64,000 nucleotides of DNA from Desulfomonilia bacterium (GTDB lineage Bacteria > Desulfobacterota > Desulfomonilia > UBA1062), in the NCBI GenBank assembly GCA_050014195.1, contig JBEKDT010000019.1, positions 27,973-91,972 of the forward strand, read 5' to 3'. Below are positions 1 through 9,283 of the stretch, one piece after another. The translations under genes were made by a program, and so were the position numbers. A model generated the notes under the pieces. That model was not told where the DNA came from, ran no database searches, and saw nothing but the letters and a program-made list of their open reading frames with translations. Every line of letters starts with the position of its first letter. Within the stretch, counting starts at the first letter, position 1.

Positions 1-297
1 ATAGAGATGTGAGATCACTTTGTCAAAGTTAAACCTGCTTATCGATGAATAACCTCTAAGATTGAAGCCATAGGAGATTGAGAAACTGTTTTATACCAAA
101 ACTCAACAATACATTACCCATAACCATTTTTTCAGCATACAGCGTATATAAAAATGACCCTTAGTTACCACGCAGGCATTATTCAACCAGCCGTACTATG
201 GATTTCAGTAAGCCCGCAAAAGAGAAAACAATGACTGTGTAGACTTTTCTAATCATCCTGGTATCTATACGTGTATCATCAGGAGGTGAAGAATACG

Positions 298-984
298 ATG
301 TGCGGTAGGTTCATACAGATCGCTGATCCCGAGAAGATAAAGGTCAGCATCCTCGACCTGGAGATAGATGATACGGTCCGAGAGAGATTCGAGCCGCACT
401 ACAACATTGCCCCAACCCAAGATATTCTCACCATTCTCAACATGCCCACCCCGAAGCTTACCTTTACTCACTGGGGGCTCATACCGTTCTGGGCCAAGGA
501 TAAGACAATCGGGTACAGGATGATCAATGCCCGAGTTGAGACTATAGCGACAAAGCCTTCTTTCAGGGAGTCATTTAAAAAGCGACGCTGTATCATCCTG
601 AGTGATGGGTTCTTCGAATGGAAACAGGAGCACAAGACCAAGACGCCCTACTTTATACGGATGAGAAATAGTGAGCCCTTTGCCTTTGCAGGTTTATGGG
701 ATAACTGGACCAATGAGCAAACTGGAGAAACCATCGTCTCAAGCACCATAATCACAACCGATGCCAACCCCCTTATCGGTGAAATCTATAACCGGATGCC
801 TGCTATTCTAAAGCCGGATATTTACCGAATCTGGCTGAACCCACTCCCTGAATCAGCGAACAATCTCATGAAATGTATCAAGCCCTTTCCTCATGATGAA
901 TTGGAGGCCTTTGAGATTTCCAAGCTTGTGAACAGTCCTCAAAACGATTCACCCGAGATCATCAAGCCGGTCCATGCTCAATAA
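298..984 (+). CDS. SOS response-associated peptidase (SRAP, YedK/HMCES family)
   Basis: N-terminal MCGRF with catalytic Cys2, WGLIP, NAR, GFFEW, RMP motifs; AGGAGG RBS at 281-286 supports ATG 298. Confidence 0.93.
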   Translation: MCGRFIQIADPEKIKVSILDLEIDDTVRERFEPHYNIAPTQDILTILNMPTPKLTFTHWGLIPFWAKDKTIGYRMINARVETIATKPSFRESFKKRRCIILSDGFFEWKQEHKTKTPYFIRMRNSEPFAFAGLWDNWTNEQTGETIVSSTIITTDANPLIGEIYNRMPAILKPDIYRIWLNPLPESANNLMKCIKPFPHDELEAFEISKLVNSPQNDSPEIIKPVHAQ

Positions 985-1278
985 AAGGTTTGAATGCACA
1001 ACATCATGTTTACTGACTATATGCCCATGAAAAGTAAAGAAGCCCCTCTCATCGGGGGCCTCAGTTATCGGGCCGTACTTTCATGAATTGATTGGCTCCC
1101 ATTACTGAATTATATTGGAAAGATAAGAGGTTACAAAAGACATAGAATACTTTGTTATAAGATTGACGTGGCCTAAAGTATAATCCCGCAAACAACATGA
1201 AGATAGAAATATTATAATCAACCTTGCAAAGTAACTGTATTAATTATAGAATCAAATATTATATCAAGAGGAGTTCCC

Positions 1279-1701
1279 ATGAGGAAAAAGAGTCTGAAGT
1301 TCGTTCTGATGGTCAATATGGCTCTGGAGATCAAGGGTGATCAGGCACAGGTCGTTGTGAAAAACATCAAGGTAAAGCCTACTGCCGTATCCTTGCCGAT
1401 CGAGACTATTCCTGCCAAGAAGGGAAAACCTGTAAAGAAGAAAGCCAGGAAATCAATCCATGACATCGTATTAGAGACAGCGAAAAAGGTCTCCAAAGTA
1501 TCGGGCGAGGGAGTCTTTTCATCGGTGGATCTATATAATCAGGCTATCAAGAAATACCCTGAGCTGAATAAGAATAGTTTTAACACGACTGTCATATCGA
1601 CAGCACCTGAACATACCTCCTGGAAATATTATCCCAATGGGAAGGACTATCTGGTATACATGGGCAAAGGGAAATATAAGCTGAGAGAAAAGGCCGAGTA
1701 G
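1279..1701 (+). CDS. hypothetical basic protein, possible C-terminal winged-helix DNA-binding domain
   Basis: 140-aa ORF with GAGGAG RBS and Lys-rich linker (PAKKGKPVKKKARK); function not recognised. Confidence 0.6.
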   Translation: MRKKSLKFVLMVNMALEIKGDQAQVVVKNIKVKPTAVSLPIETIPAKKGKPVKKKARKSIHDIVLETAKKVSKVSGEGVFSSVDLYNQAIKKYPELNKNSFNTTVISTAPEHTSWKYYPNGKDYLVYMGKGKYKLREKAE

Positions 1702-1849
1702 GTTGTTATGCTTATTGATTGGTCAAGACTCCCGGGGACTCTTGAGATGTCTCGGAAAATAGTAGTAGCTTGGGCAAAGGCCAAAATAAGTTGAGAGAAT
1801 CTGCAGTCGGTCTCCATTATATCAATTCAATACATACGAGGAGGATATT

Positions 1850-2125
1850 ATGACAAAATCAGATTTAGTTGATGTTATGGCAGGCAAAGTAAAGATATCT
1901 AAGTCAGCAGCACAACTAGCGGTAGATGCTTTCACAGAGTCAATTGCTAGTGCCCTCAAGAAAGGCGATAAGGTAACCTTAGTAGGCTTTGGAACCTTCG
2001 ATGTTGCCAAGAGGGCAGCCAGAGAAGGCGTGAATCCGCAGACCAGGCAGAAGATAAAGATCAAGGCAAGCAAGGCTCCTCGTTTCAGGGCAGGCAAATT
2101 ATTGAAAGACGCGGTGAATAAATAA
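1850..2125 (+). CDS. hup: HU family DNA-binding protein
   Basis: MTKSDL...GDKVTLVGFGTF...REGVNPQT...PRFRAGKLLKDAVN; GGAGG RBS. Confidence 0.97.
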   Translation: MTKSDLVDVMAGKVKISKSAAQLAVDAFTESIASALKKGDKVTLVGFGTFDVAKRAAREGVNPQTRQKIKIKASKAPRFRAGKLLKDAVNK

Positions 2126-2129
2126 GATT

Positions 2130-2636
2130 GTGAAGAAGCAACCTAAGAAAAGGGATCTCACTGCAGCTGTGAAGAAGCAACCCAAGAAAAAAGAAACTCC
2201 TGCAGTCGTGAAGAAACAACCCCAGAAGAAGGAGATTTCTGCTGCCGTGAAGAAACAATCCCAGAAGAGGGAGCTTCCTGCAGCTGTGAAGAAGCAGCCA
2301 AAGAAAAAAGAAACTCCTGCAGTTGTGAAGAAACAACCCCAGAAGAAGGAGATTGCTGCTGCCGTGAAGAAGCAACCCCAGAAAAGGGAGCTTGCTGCAG
2401 TCGAAAAGAAGCAAACCAAGAAAAAAGAAACTCCTGCAGTCGTGAAGAAACAACCCCAGAAGAAGGAGATTGCTGCTGCCGTGAAGAAGCAACCCCAGAA
2501 GAGGGAGCTTTCTGCAGCTGTGAAGGAGCAGCCAAAGAAAAAAGAAACTCCTGCAGTCGTGAAGACTCAGCCCAAGGAAAGGGAGCTAACCGTAGCTGTA
2601 AAGACTCAACCCAAGAAAGAGGAGCTTTCTGTAGTC
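2130..2636 (+). repeat. coding tandem repeat, 13 x 39 bp with 117-bp higher-order period
   Basis: units VKKQPxK(REL|KET|KEI)xAx ordered ABCABCABCAB followed by two degenerate units. Confidence 0.95.
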
Positions 2637-2930
2637 GATCTCGGGACACGATACAAGTGTTATAAGTGCGGGACCAAGTTTTATGACCTGGGCAGACCAC
2701 AGCCCCTTTGCCCTTCATGTGGAGAAGACCAGAATAATGAAGAGACAAAGCGGATGCTCAAGCGGAAGAGAAGACGGCGATCAGCCTACATGGGTAAGGC
2801 AGACCCTACCATTATTGCCCCGGAAGAGAGAGATGACGTGGTCGAGGTTGTTAATGAAGTCGATGCTGAATATACGTTAGATGTGGATGATATTGTCCTG
2901 GAGGAGAGCGCAGACACGGATAAAGAATAG
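2130..2930 (+). CDS. FYDLN-acid (TIGR02300-like) zinc-ribbon protein with N-terminal Lys-rich tandem repeats
   Basis: GTG start 4 bp after HU stop; DLGTRYKCYKCGTKFYDL...CPSCG plus acidic tail; 13 x 13-aa repeats. Confidence 0.85.
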   Translation: MKKQPKKRDLTAAVKKQPKKKETPAVVKKQPQKKEISAAVKKQSQKRELPAAVKKQPKKKETPAVVKKQPQKKEIAAAVKKQPQKRELAAVEKKQTKKKETPAVVKKQPQKKEIAAAVKKQPQKRELSAAVKEQPKKKETPAVVKTQPKERELTVAVKTQPKKEELSVVDLGTRYKCYKCGTKFYDLGRPQPLCPSCGEDQNNEETKRMLKRKRRRRSAYMGKADPTIIAPEERDDVVEVVNEVDAEYTLDVDDIVLEESADTDKE

Positions 2931-2949
2931 AGATTGATATCGATCAAGG

Positions 2950-3417
2950 TTAAGGCATTTTATGTATTTTCCCAAGGCTTGTTACAAGCTGTTTGCCGAG
3001 CTCATGGCACGTTTTTTTTGCTTCCTCATTTATTGGTCGTTCGAATTCAGCCGTTTCACCTACTTTTGTAAAGAATCTCTGAGCAAAAGAGTCCAGTGGC
3101 TGCCTCACTTTTCCACCGCCTCCATGGGATATGAAGAGTACAGCCGGTTTCCCTTTTACAGGCTCACCTGATTGGTCCCAAAGATACATATCGTCAAAAA
3201 AAGTCTTGATGGTACCGGCAGGGTACGAGAAATAATCAGGCGTACCAAGAGCAACCGCATCGGCTGACATGAATTCCTTCATAGTTACCCGATGTTCATT
3301 TGTGTTCATGAGCTCCACATCCGCACCTGCTTCTCGAACTCCATCCGCAAGGGCTTCTGCGAGTATTCTTGTGTTTCCAAATTGCTGGCTATGATAAATG
3401 ACAAGGATTTTTTTCAT
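2950..3417 (-). CDS. flavodoxin/WrbA-like flavoprotein
   Basis: ILVIYHSQQFGNT FMN loop, GTPDYF, SHGGGG; GGAGG RBS before ATG 3417. Confidence 0.85.
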   Translation of the reverse strand: MKKILVIYHSQQFGNTRILAEALADGVREAGADVELMNTNEHRVTMKEFMSADAVALGTPDYFSYPAGTIKTFFDDMYLWDQSGEPVKGKPAVLFISHGGGGKVRQPLDSFAQRFFTKVGETAEFERPINEEAKKTCHELGKQLVTSLGKIHKMP

Positions 3418-3522
3418 ATGGTATCCTCCGGTCAGATGAATCATATGTACCATATTCTTAGTTGAGAAAGGGTATAAAAGGAAGATCATCCCCGTGCAGT
3501 AAATTCTGTGGAGGTAAAGCGT

Positions 3523-4089
3523 ATGAAGATCATTGCATTCAACGGAAGTCCAAGGAAAGACGGCAACACCACCACGTTGATAGGCTATCTCTTACGGGAG
3601 ATCGAGAAAGAGGGCATTGAAACGGAGCTCGTTCAGCTCTCGGCAAAGGCGATTCACGGGTGCATTGCCTGCTACAAGTGTTTCGAGAATAAGGACAGGC
3701 GGTGCGCCGTTAAGAACGATGCGGCGAACGAGTATATCGAAAAGATGACGACTGCTCAGGGTATCGTTTTGGGATCTCCTTCCTATTTTCAGGATGTAAC
3801 AGCGGAGATGAAGTCCTTGATCGACCGGGCGGGCTTCGTCGGATTGGCAAATGGGAGGATGTACAAGAACAAAGTTGGGGCTTCTCTATCCTGTTTTCGT
3901 CGCACCGGAGGGATGCATACCATCGAAACCATGAACCACTTCTTCTTTAGCAACGAGCTTATCATCGCCGGCCGGGCAATGAGCGTTGCCAGAGAAAAGG
4001 GAGAGGTGGCAAAAGATGAGGAAGGCGTCCAGATGGCGCAGATCCTGGGACAAAAGATCGCTTGGATGGTGAAGAAGCTCTACGGCTGA
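3523..4089 (+). CDS. iron-sulfur flavoprotein (flavodoxin family, NADPH-dependent FMN reductase-like)
   Basis: FNGSPRKDGNT; CxxCxxCx7C (CIACYKCFENKDRRC); GSPSY. Confidence 0.9.
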   Translation: MKIIAFNGSPRKDGNTTTLIGYLLREIEKEGIETELVQLSAKAIHGCIACYKCFENKDRRCAVKNDAANEYIEKMTTAQGIVLGSPSYFQDVTAEMKSLIDRAGFVGLANGRMYKNKVGASLSCFRRTGGMHTIETMNHFFFSNELIIAGRAMSVAREKGEVAKDEEGVQMAQILGQKIAWMVKKLYG

Positions 4090-4260
4090 AACCGGCTTTG
4101 GGAAGAGGCACCGTGAGGGCTCGCTGCTTCGGTGGAGAACCCCGAATGCCGGATTGATTCGATTGGGCAAAGCTGGTCTGTTCTCTCCGGCGCAGGTGAT
4201 GCCGACCTTTGGATATGGAAATAATAATTGCGGCTCAATTACTATTGTATATCAGATAAG

Positions 4261-4314
4261 AAGATCATCAGTTTCTAGGCATTTCAAAACTAGAAAGTTA
4301 TCGCAGTTATCAAC
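4261..4314 (-). repeat. cassette-boundary repeat, copy E1 (5' half plus core)
   Basis: 41/54 ungapped identity to 5001-5054; begins 50 bp after the SRPBCC stop. Confidence 0.85.
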
Positions 4315-4364
4315 GGCTTAGCCAATATGAATAGTCTGATCAGAAAACTATACCGGGATGGAGA

Positions 4365-4853
4365 TCAATGGTTTTTTTCCATAAAGGCCTTAAGAGAAAG
4401 GGCGGCTTTATGACACATATTTCCAAAAAACCATCTTCCGATTGGCCCTAACAATTTGCTAAGTAGCCTGGGTTCGTAAGCTACGATATAGGTAAATTTA
4501 GTTTTTCCTTGGCCTAACGGTTCCAGCCGGTAATCTTCGCAGAGAGCATTTACAATAGGACGATTGATTGCAGTTAAAAAAAAGGTGAATCGCTTTCCGG
4601 GATCCCAAGCAATAAATTGTTCATACACTGTCATGGGTTTGAGGGTTACTGTTCTAGTAGTACCCACACCAAACGGTTTAGGACTTGTCCATTCTACTTT
4701 GATGATATCTTTGAACCACTTAGGCCAGGCTTCTCCATCTTCAAAAACTTTAAACACCTGCTCTGGAGAAGCATTGATTTCCACCTCATTTACAAATCGG
4801 AGAGGTGCCGATTCCAAAAAACTTAAGTCAACTGAACGACAATTGAATTTCAT
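4365..4853 (-). CDS. SRPBCC (polyketide cyclase/dehydrase-like) family protein
   Basis: INASPEQVF...WPKWF...GVGTTR...E...WDPGKRF pattern; GGAGG RBS. Confidence 0.88.
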   Translation of the reverse strand: MKFNCRSVDLSFLESAPLRFVNEVEINASPEQVFKVFEDGEAWPKWFKDIIKVEWTSPKPFGVGTTRTVTLKPMTVYEQFIAWDPGKRFTFFLTAINRPIVNALCEDYRLEPLGQGKTKFTYIVAYEPRLLSKLLGPIGRWFFGNMCHKAALSLKAFMEKNH

Positions 4854-4935
4854 ACCATCCTCCTATTTCAGTATATTATGAATATAATATTAATAGAATA
4901 TTAAAAAGCAAGATAATGGGGGATTTTTTAAAGAG

Positions 4936-5055
4936 TGTTGATACTGGGTGCCATTTGATACACACAGATATGGACTGCTTTAATGCATAGGTTTCAAACA
5001 CAGATCTTCAGTATTCAGGCATCTCAAAACCGTGATGAAATCGCAGTTATCAACA
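4936..5055 (-). repeat. cassette-boundary repeat, copy E2 (full, long class)
   Basis: GAGTGTTGATA...TATCAACACTC terminal inverted repeat; starts 1 nt after the upstream gene's TGA; homologous to 49695-49806 and 61433-61548. Confidence 0.9.
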
Positions 5056-5056
5056 C

Positions 5057-6787
5057 TCACAAAATCTTTACGCCTTTGAAAGTAAATTCTGGACTTATAG
5101 TCATAGCATCAACCATCTGGAGTTTACCTTCTTTTATCCGGTAGATTCCGAGGATGTAACATGATGAATTCCGCCATCCGAAATAGGCATTCCCTAATTT
5201 AACAATAAAACATTCCTTTCCGTTTGATAAGGGAAAGTACTCAGATCCGTGGGACTCAAGAAAATCAAACTCGTTATAAGATGAATGGAATGATTTACTA
5301 TTAATAAACCTAAGCTGTTCATTGTAATCCTTGTCCACATCAATGTAAGATGTTTTATCAGGTTGCTGTTGATTTATTTTTAAAATGAGCATGCGGTAAT
5401 ACTTGGAGCCATTTGATTCAAATGCCAAGTGGCAAACAATCTCTTTTATGCCCTTGTTCTCAATATCCAGATACTGGTATTGACTTTCTTTCTGAAGGAA
5501 ATTTTCTTTATAATCTCTCTTTACAATAGCCACTACTATATTCTCAACTTTCTCTGCAGGATAAGTCCATTCGGGGTTATTCATGAGAGATGTTGCTATG
5601 GGTGAAAAACCTGCCGAAAAATTCCTTGCAAGGGCATTTGCCTTTTCTTCAAGCACTTTAAATGACGGGTCATATTGATTGACGAGATTACCATGAAATT
5701 GTGTAGAATATGTGACTTCTATTTTGCCAAGACCACTTCTGCCCTTTACATTCTTAAGGCTGAACAGTTCGATGATGGTCTTTGGTTGATCATTTGCTGC
5801 ATTATTGAGGAAATTATCTACAACAGCGATATATGTGCGTCTATCTATATGTACAAAACCGAGTGATGTAGCCCAGCAGATACCCCCTTCATCTTCATAC
5901 TGATCTATAAAAGGGCCTTCTATTTTAACCAGTGATTTGTCACTATTCACATGGAAGAATTGAAAACGGTCGCAGTGCATTGTTCCTGCAGTATTATCAA
6001 GGATAATATCTTTGATGCCATCCTGCTCGACATCTTCGAGATAAAGGTCGGTCCTGGTTGAAGTGTTATTTAAGGTTGCTTCTATATCTGATACTTGCTC
6101 TTGGGTGGGTTTGTAATTCTTGCTGATGTAATCTAATATCGATTCTTTATTTCCATCACCTAAATTGTTCTTAATACTATCCTCAGTAAATCCTAATGAA
6201 GATACAATCAATCTCCCTGGCTCAAATGGAGTTGTTCTGATACGCTCTGCAAGCTTTTTGCGAACCTCCAAACACTCTTGCGTATCCCAATTTTTATACA
6301 ATACAACACGGTCTTCATAGAATTTTTTCAGACGGGATTTCTGATAGGTTTTAATATCTATATGTTTTATTTGTGCCTTACCAGGGTTCTTCGCTGCACG
6401 CTTTTGCATTCTCAACTCTTTCCATTCTGCAAATCTTTGCCATTCTTCCCATCTTGCATCTCTTTGCCTTAGCCATTCACCCTGAGATGCAATGAATTCC
6501 TCCCTTTGATTTTGAGTCATTCCTTTTTGGGCTAATTCAAAGAGCCTATTCATCTCTGAATCTACTTCAACAAGTTCAGGGTCGGAACAGATGGCATTGT
6601 CGACAGGTGTCGTGGCCTTTTGGCAATTTAAACCGGAGACTGCAGTCGTTTCCGTTGTACTTCCTTTGGATATTAGAAATGCAAGAGAGAAGATAGAAAT
6701 CATGAAGGCAAAGAAGACAATTTGAGTATAAAATTTCAGTTTATCGATTTTGACCTTCTGCAACAAGTGCGTCCCCCTCTCAATCAA
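5057..6787 (-). CDS. membrane-anchored protein with LprI/DUF1311 domain
   Basis: N-terminal hydrophobic segment then LNCQKATTPVDNAICSDPEL...SQGEWLRQRD; low GC; start uncertain. Confidence 0.75.
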   Translation of the reverse strand: MIERGTHLLQKVKIDKLKFYTQIVFFAFMISIFSLAFLISKGSTTETTAVSGLNCQKATTPVDNAICSDPELVEVDSEMNRLFELAQKGMTQNQREEFIASQGEWLRQRDARWEEWQRFAEWKELRMQKRAAKNPGKAQIKHIDIKTYQKSRLKKFYEDRVVLYKNWDTQECLEVRKKLAERIRTTPFEPGRLIVSSLGFTEDSIKNNLGDGNKESILDYISKNYKPTQEQVSDIEATLNNTSTRTDLYLEDVEQDGIKDIILDNTAGTMHCDRFQFFHVNSDKSLVKIEGPFIDQYEDEGGICWATSLGFVHIDRRTYIAVVDNFLNNAANDQPKTIIELFSLKNVKGRSGLGKIEVTYSTQFHGNLVNQYDPSFKVLEEKANALARNFSAGFSPIATSLMNNPEWTYPAEKVENIVVAIVKRDYKENFLQKESQYQYLDIENKGIKEIVCHLAFESNGSKYYRMLILKINQQQPDKTSYIDVDKDYNEQLRFINSKSFHSSYNEFDFLESHGSEYFPLSNGKECFIVKLGNAYFGWRNSSCYILGIYRIKEGKLQMVDAMTISPEFTFKGVKIL

Positions 6788-6910
6788 AAAAGATATGATA
6801 CATAATTACCATATTTAGTTAAAACAATGCATCCAGCTTTTGTTGTCCGTGTAAGTCTTGATATAGACCCACTTATGAATATACCACCGTAACTTTTATT
6901 GACCACTGAC

Positions 6911-6972
6911 TGTTGATAACGTGCCATGAGTTACGTTTTGCCCATACTGAATATCTCTTTTGATAATCTCTC
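6911..6972 (-). repeat. cassette-boundary repeat, copy B1 (core plus 3' half, short class)
   Basis: 41/59 ungapped identity between 6911-6969 and 51004-51062. Confidence 0.85.
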
Positions 6973-6992
6973 CCTCCTCAACTCAGTGTGAA

Positions 6993-7013
6993 TGGGGGCA
7001 AAACGGGGGCAAA
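6993..7013. promoter_or_regulatory. putative integrase arm-type sites of a left-hand element (2 x GGGGGCAAA, 11-bp period)
   Basis: tgggggcaaaacgggggcaaa ~60 bp from a tRNA 3'-end copy, same geometry as 14046-14064. Confidence 0.55.
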
Positions 7014-7069
7014 TCTGAGAACAAAAGAAAAAGGCTAACAAGTTAGTATCTGTAAGCCAATGTTATTAT

Positions 7070-7090
7070 TGGCTCCCCGGGTAGGACTCG
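7070..7090 (-). repeat. 21-bp copy of the tRNA-Asn 3' end (att-like)
   Basis: TGGCTCCCCGGGTAGGACTCG identical to 14123-14143. Confidence 0.93.
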
Positions 7091-7260
7091 GTCACTACGG
7101 TCGAGACATCGTGTCTCTCCCTGCGTGACCTCCCCTCGGGTTCCTGCCGCGGCACATCCTGTGCCGCTCTTTCTCCCTATCCGGTCGGCGGAACCCTCGC
7201 TTCGAGTCCTACTGGGAAAACCATAAAAATAAAGGCCCTTGTTTGCACAAGGGCCTTTTT
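7081..7260. repeat. GC-rich structured tRNA-linked repeat unit with terminator
   Basis: GTAGGACTCG(7081)/CGAGTCCTAC(7203-7212) encloses nested hairpins; hairpin aaaggcccttg...caagggccttt at 7231-7260. Confidence 0.7.
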
Positions 7261-7434
7261 AATCTTATGGCTCCCCGGGTAGGACTCGAACCTACAACCT
7301 AGTGGTTAACAGTCACTTTAATTGACTATCACTTAGAATCACAAAAAAGCACATAGATATTGACAAACAGACCATTTGAGCGTATATGTATATCACATTC
7401 GATCATTTTTGAAACCATATTTCCACCGATAAAA

Positions 7435-7454
7435 TGGGGAGAGGATGGGGAGAG
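7435..7454. promoter_or_regulatory. putative integrase arm-type sites (2 x TGGGGAGAG)
   Basis: same motif pair with 11-bp period recurs at 14046-14064 at the other island end. Confidence 0.65.
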
Positions 7455-7477
7455 AATAATATTATTAAGGAGAGTTC

Positions 7478-8701
7478 GTGATGCCCGTGAAATGGATTCA
7501 AACAAATTATCCTGGTGTCCGTTATTACGAACACAAATCAAGAAAACATGGATTGAAGCCAGATCGATATTATGCGATTCGATATCAGAAAGATGGCAAA
7601 AGAAAAGAAGAGGGTCTAGGGTGGGGTAGTGACGGATGGACTGCTCAAAAGGCTTTATTCGAACTAGCAGAGCTGAAAGAGGCATATGTAACTGGCAATG
7701 GTCCAAGCAGACTCTCAGATAGAAGAAAACTTGTTCAAGAGGAGAAAGAAATTAAGGATGAAGCCGAAAAGAAAACCGCGCTTGAACGGATAACATTTGG
7801 AGAGTTTTTCAAGACGACGTACTATCCAACTGCTCAAACAAGCAAAAAGATAACGAGCTATGAGAAAGAGGACACATTATATAGGATCTGGATCGAACCG
7901 ATCATCGGAGAGAAACCCTTTAAACAGATTACCCAGATTGATATCGAGCGAATAAAGAAAAGACTTCTAGATAAAGATAGAGCCCCAAAGACCATAGAGT
8001 ATGTTTTTGCAGTTATCAGGCAAGTATGGAATATGGCTCGGCGAGAGGGTCATATTGATGTTGACTCACCTACTAAGATAGTCAGGAAACCAAAGAGGGA
8101 TAATCGACGATTGAGGTTTCTAAGCAGAGAAGAAGCATATGATTTACTTGACCATATAAAGACTAGAACTCCCCAACTGTATAATATATCTCTTCTCTCA
8201 TTACATACAGGAATGCGCGCAGGAGAGATATTTCCGCTAACTTGGGGAGATATTGATTTAAATCGAAAGATAATAACTATACGAGATCCTAAGAATACTC
8301 AGAATAGAGCTGCATACATGACATCTGAAGTTGAAAAAATGTTTATAGGTATGGAACGTAAGGGACATGATGATCTTGTTTTTCAAGACAAGCGACATGG
8401 TAACAGAATCAAAGAAGTATCCCATGTGTTCCGTTTGATAATAGATGAACTTGGTTTAAATAAAGATGTGACTGATCCACGCCAGAAAGTTGTATTCCAT
8501 ACTCTAAGACATACCTTTGCTTCGTGGTTAGTAGAAGGTGGGACTGATCTATATATTGTCAAGGAACTCATGGGTCATAGCACACTGAGAATGACAGAAC
8601 GATATTCGCATGTTGGGCAAAATGCCTTGCAAAGTGCGGTTAAAAATCTTGATATGAGTTTAAGCAAACATTCTAAAGCTTATCTCAAGAAGGAGGTTTA
8701 A
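7478..8701 (+). CDS. tyrosine integrase
   Basis: HTGMRAGEI, HTLRH, LMGHS, RYSH catalytic motifs; N-terminal arm-binding-like region. Confidence 0.97.
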   Translation: MMPVKWIQTNYPGVRYYEHKSRKHGLKPDRYYAIRYQKDGKRKEEGLGWGSDGWTAQKALFELAELKEAYVTGNGPSRLSDRRKLVQEEKEIKDEAEKKTALERITFGEFFKTTYYPTAQTSKKITSYEKEDTLYRIWIEPIIGEKPFKQITQIDIERIKKRLLDKDRAPKTIEYVFAVIRQVWNMARREGHIDVDSPTKIVRKPKRDNRRLRFLSREEAYDLLDHIKTRTPQLYNISLLSLHTGMRAGEIFPLTWGDIDLNRKIITIRDPKNTQNRAAYMTSEVEKMFIGMERKGHDDLVFQDKRHGNRIKEVSHVFRLIIDELGLNKDVTDPRQKVVFHTLRHTFASWLVEGGTDLYIVKELMGHSTLRMTERYSHVGQNALQSAVKNLDMSLSKHSKAYLKKEV

Positions 8702-9007
8702 CAAGACGAACCTGAATTGATATCCATGCTACAAAGTCATAAAAGCACCTGGCGCTCTATATTCTTTACTGATGAACACTTCTCATATAATACTATATTG
8801 TTAAATATAATTGTACCCCACCATGAAATGATTCATCAACCAAGAGAAGAGCGGTCTGGAATCTAACGCAGTTTTATCATTCACCATGTAATTGATAGTA
8901 TATATTATTTTATGGATGCTATGTGATTGCATTACATATTGTAGCAACAAGCATTTACTGAACTAGGGGGTCGATGACCAAAAAGAAGCTGACTTGGAGG
9001 TTACAAA

Positions 9008-9283
9008 ATGAAAAGAATAGCGATAATTCTATTGACACTCTTAATCTTCGGCTGTGTCTCTTACCCGAATCTTCCTATCCACAAAGGAATGACAAGAGAT
9101 GAAGTCCGAGCTAACTTTGGTCCCACATACTGCATATATACATCCACGATAGGGGACTACCACACAGAAATCTGGACTTATACCAAGCAATATGGTGAGT
9201 TAATGTGGGATGCACCGCCTTGCTCTGGTGTTTATAAAATAATCTTTAAAGATGACGTAGTTTATGGTTGGGAAAATTTCTAG
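9008..9283 (+). CDS. small lipoprotein (SmpA/OmlA-like)
   Basis: signal peptide with IFGC lipobox; GMTRDEVRANFGP; GGAGG RBS. Confidence 0.7.
   Translation: MKRIAIILLTLLIFGCVSYPNLPIHKGMTRDEVRANFGPTYCIYTSTIGDYHTEIWTYTKQYGELMWDAPPCSGVYKIIFKDDVVYGWENF

Noticed and set aside
7-20. 14-bp match ATGTGAGATCACTT with 48676-48689
   Set aside because: Several 14-mer matches are expected by chance in 64 kb; similarity does not extend.
1092-1100. TTGGCTCCC as a fourth tRNA-Asn att copy
   Set aside because: Only 8-9 bp; TGGCTCCC also occurs at ~9462, so chance is sufficient.
1163-1184. TTGACG...TATAAT promoter
   Set aside because: Spacer is only 10 bp.
2130-2636. 39-bp periodic repeats as a CRISPR array
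   Set aside because: No unique spacers, in-frame coding repeats, no cas genes.
4261-4314. Repeat family as a remnant protein-coding fragment (VDNCD...)
   Set aside because: E3 has a 1-bp indel and a stop in that frame; conservation follows inverted DNA boxes rather than codons.
4936-5055. Canonical integron attC site
   Set aside because: In gene direction it starts GTT and ends AAC, the reverse of RYYYAAC...GTTRRRY; no intI in the window.
6911-6926. TGGCACG boxes of the repeat family as sigma54 promoters
   Set aside because: The -12 TTGC element is absent (ATCAAC instead) in the copies examined.
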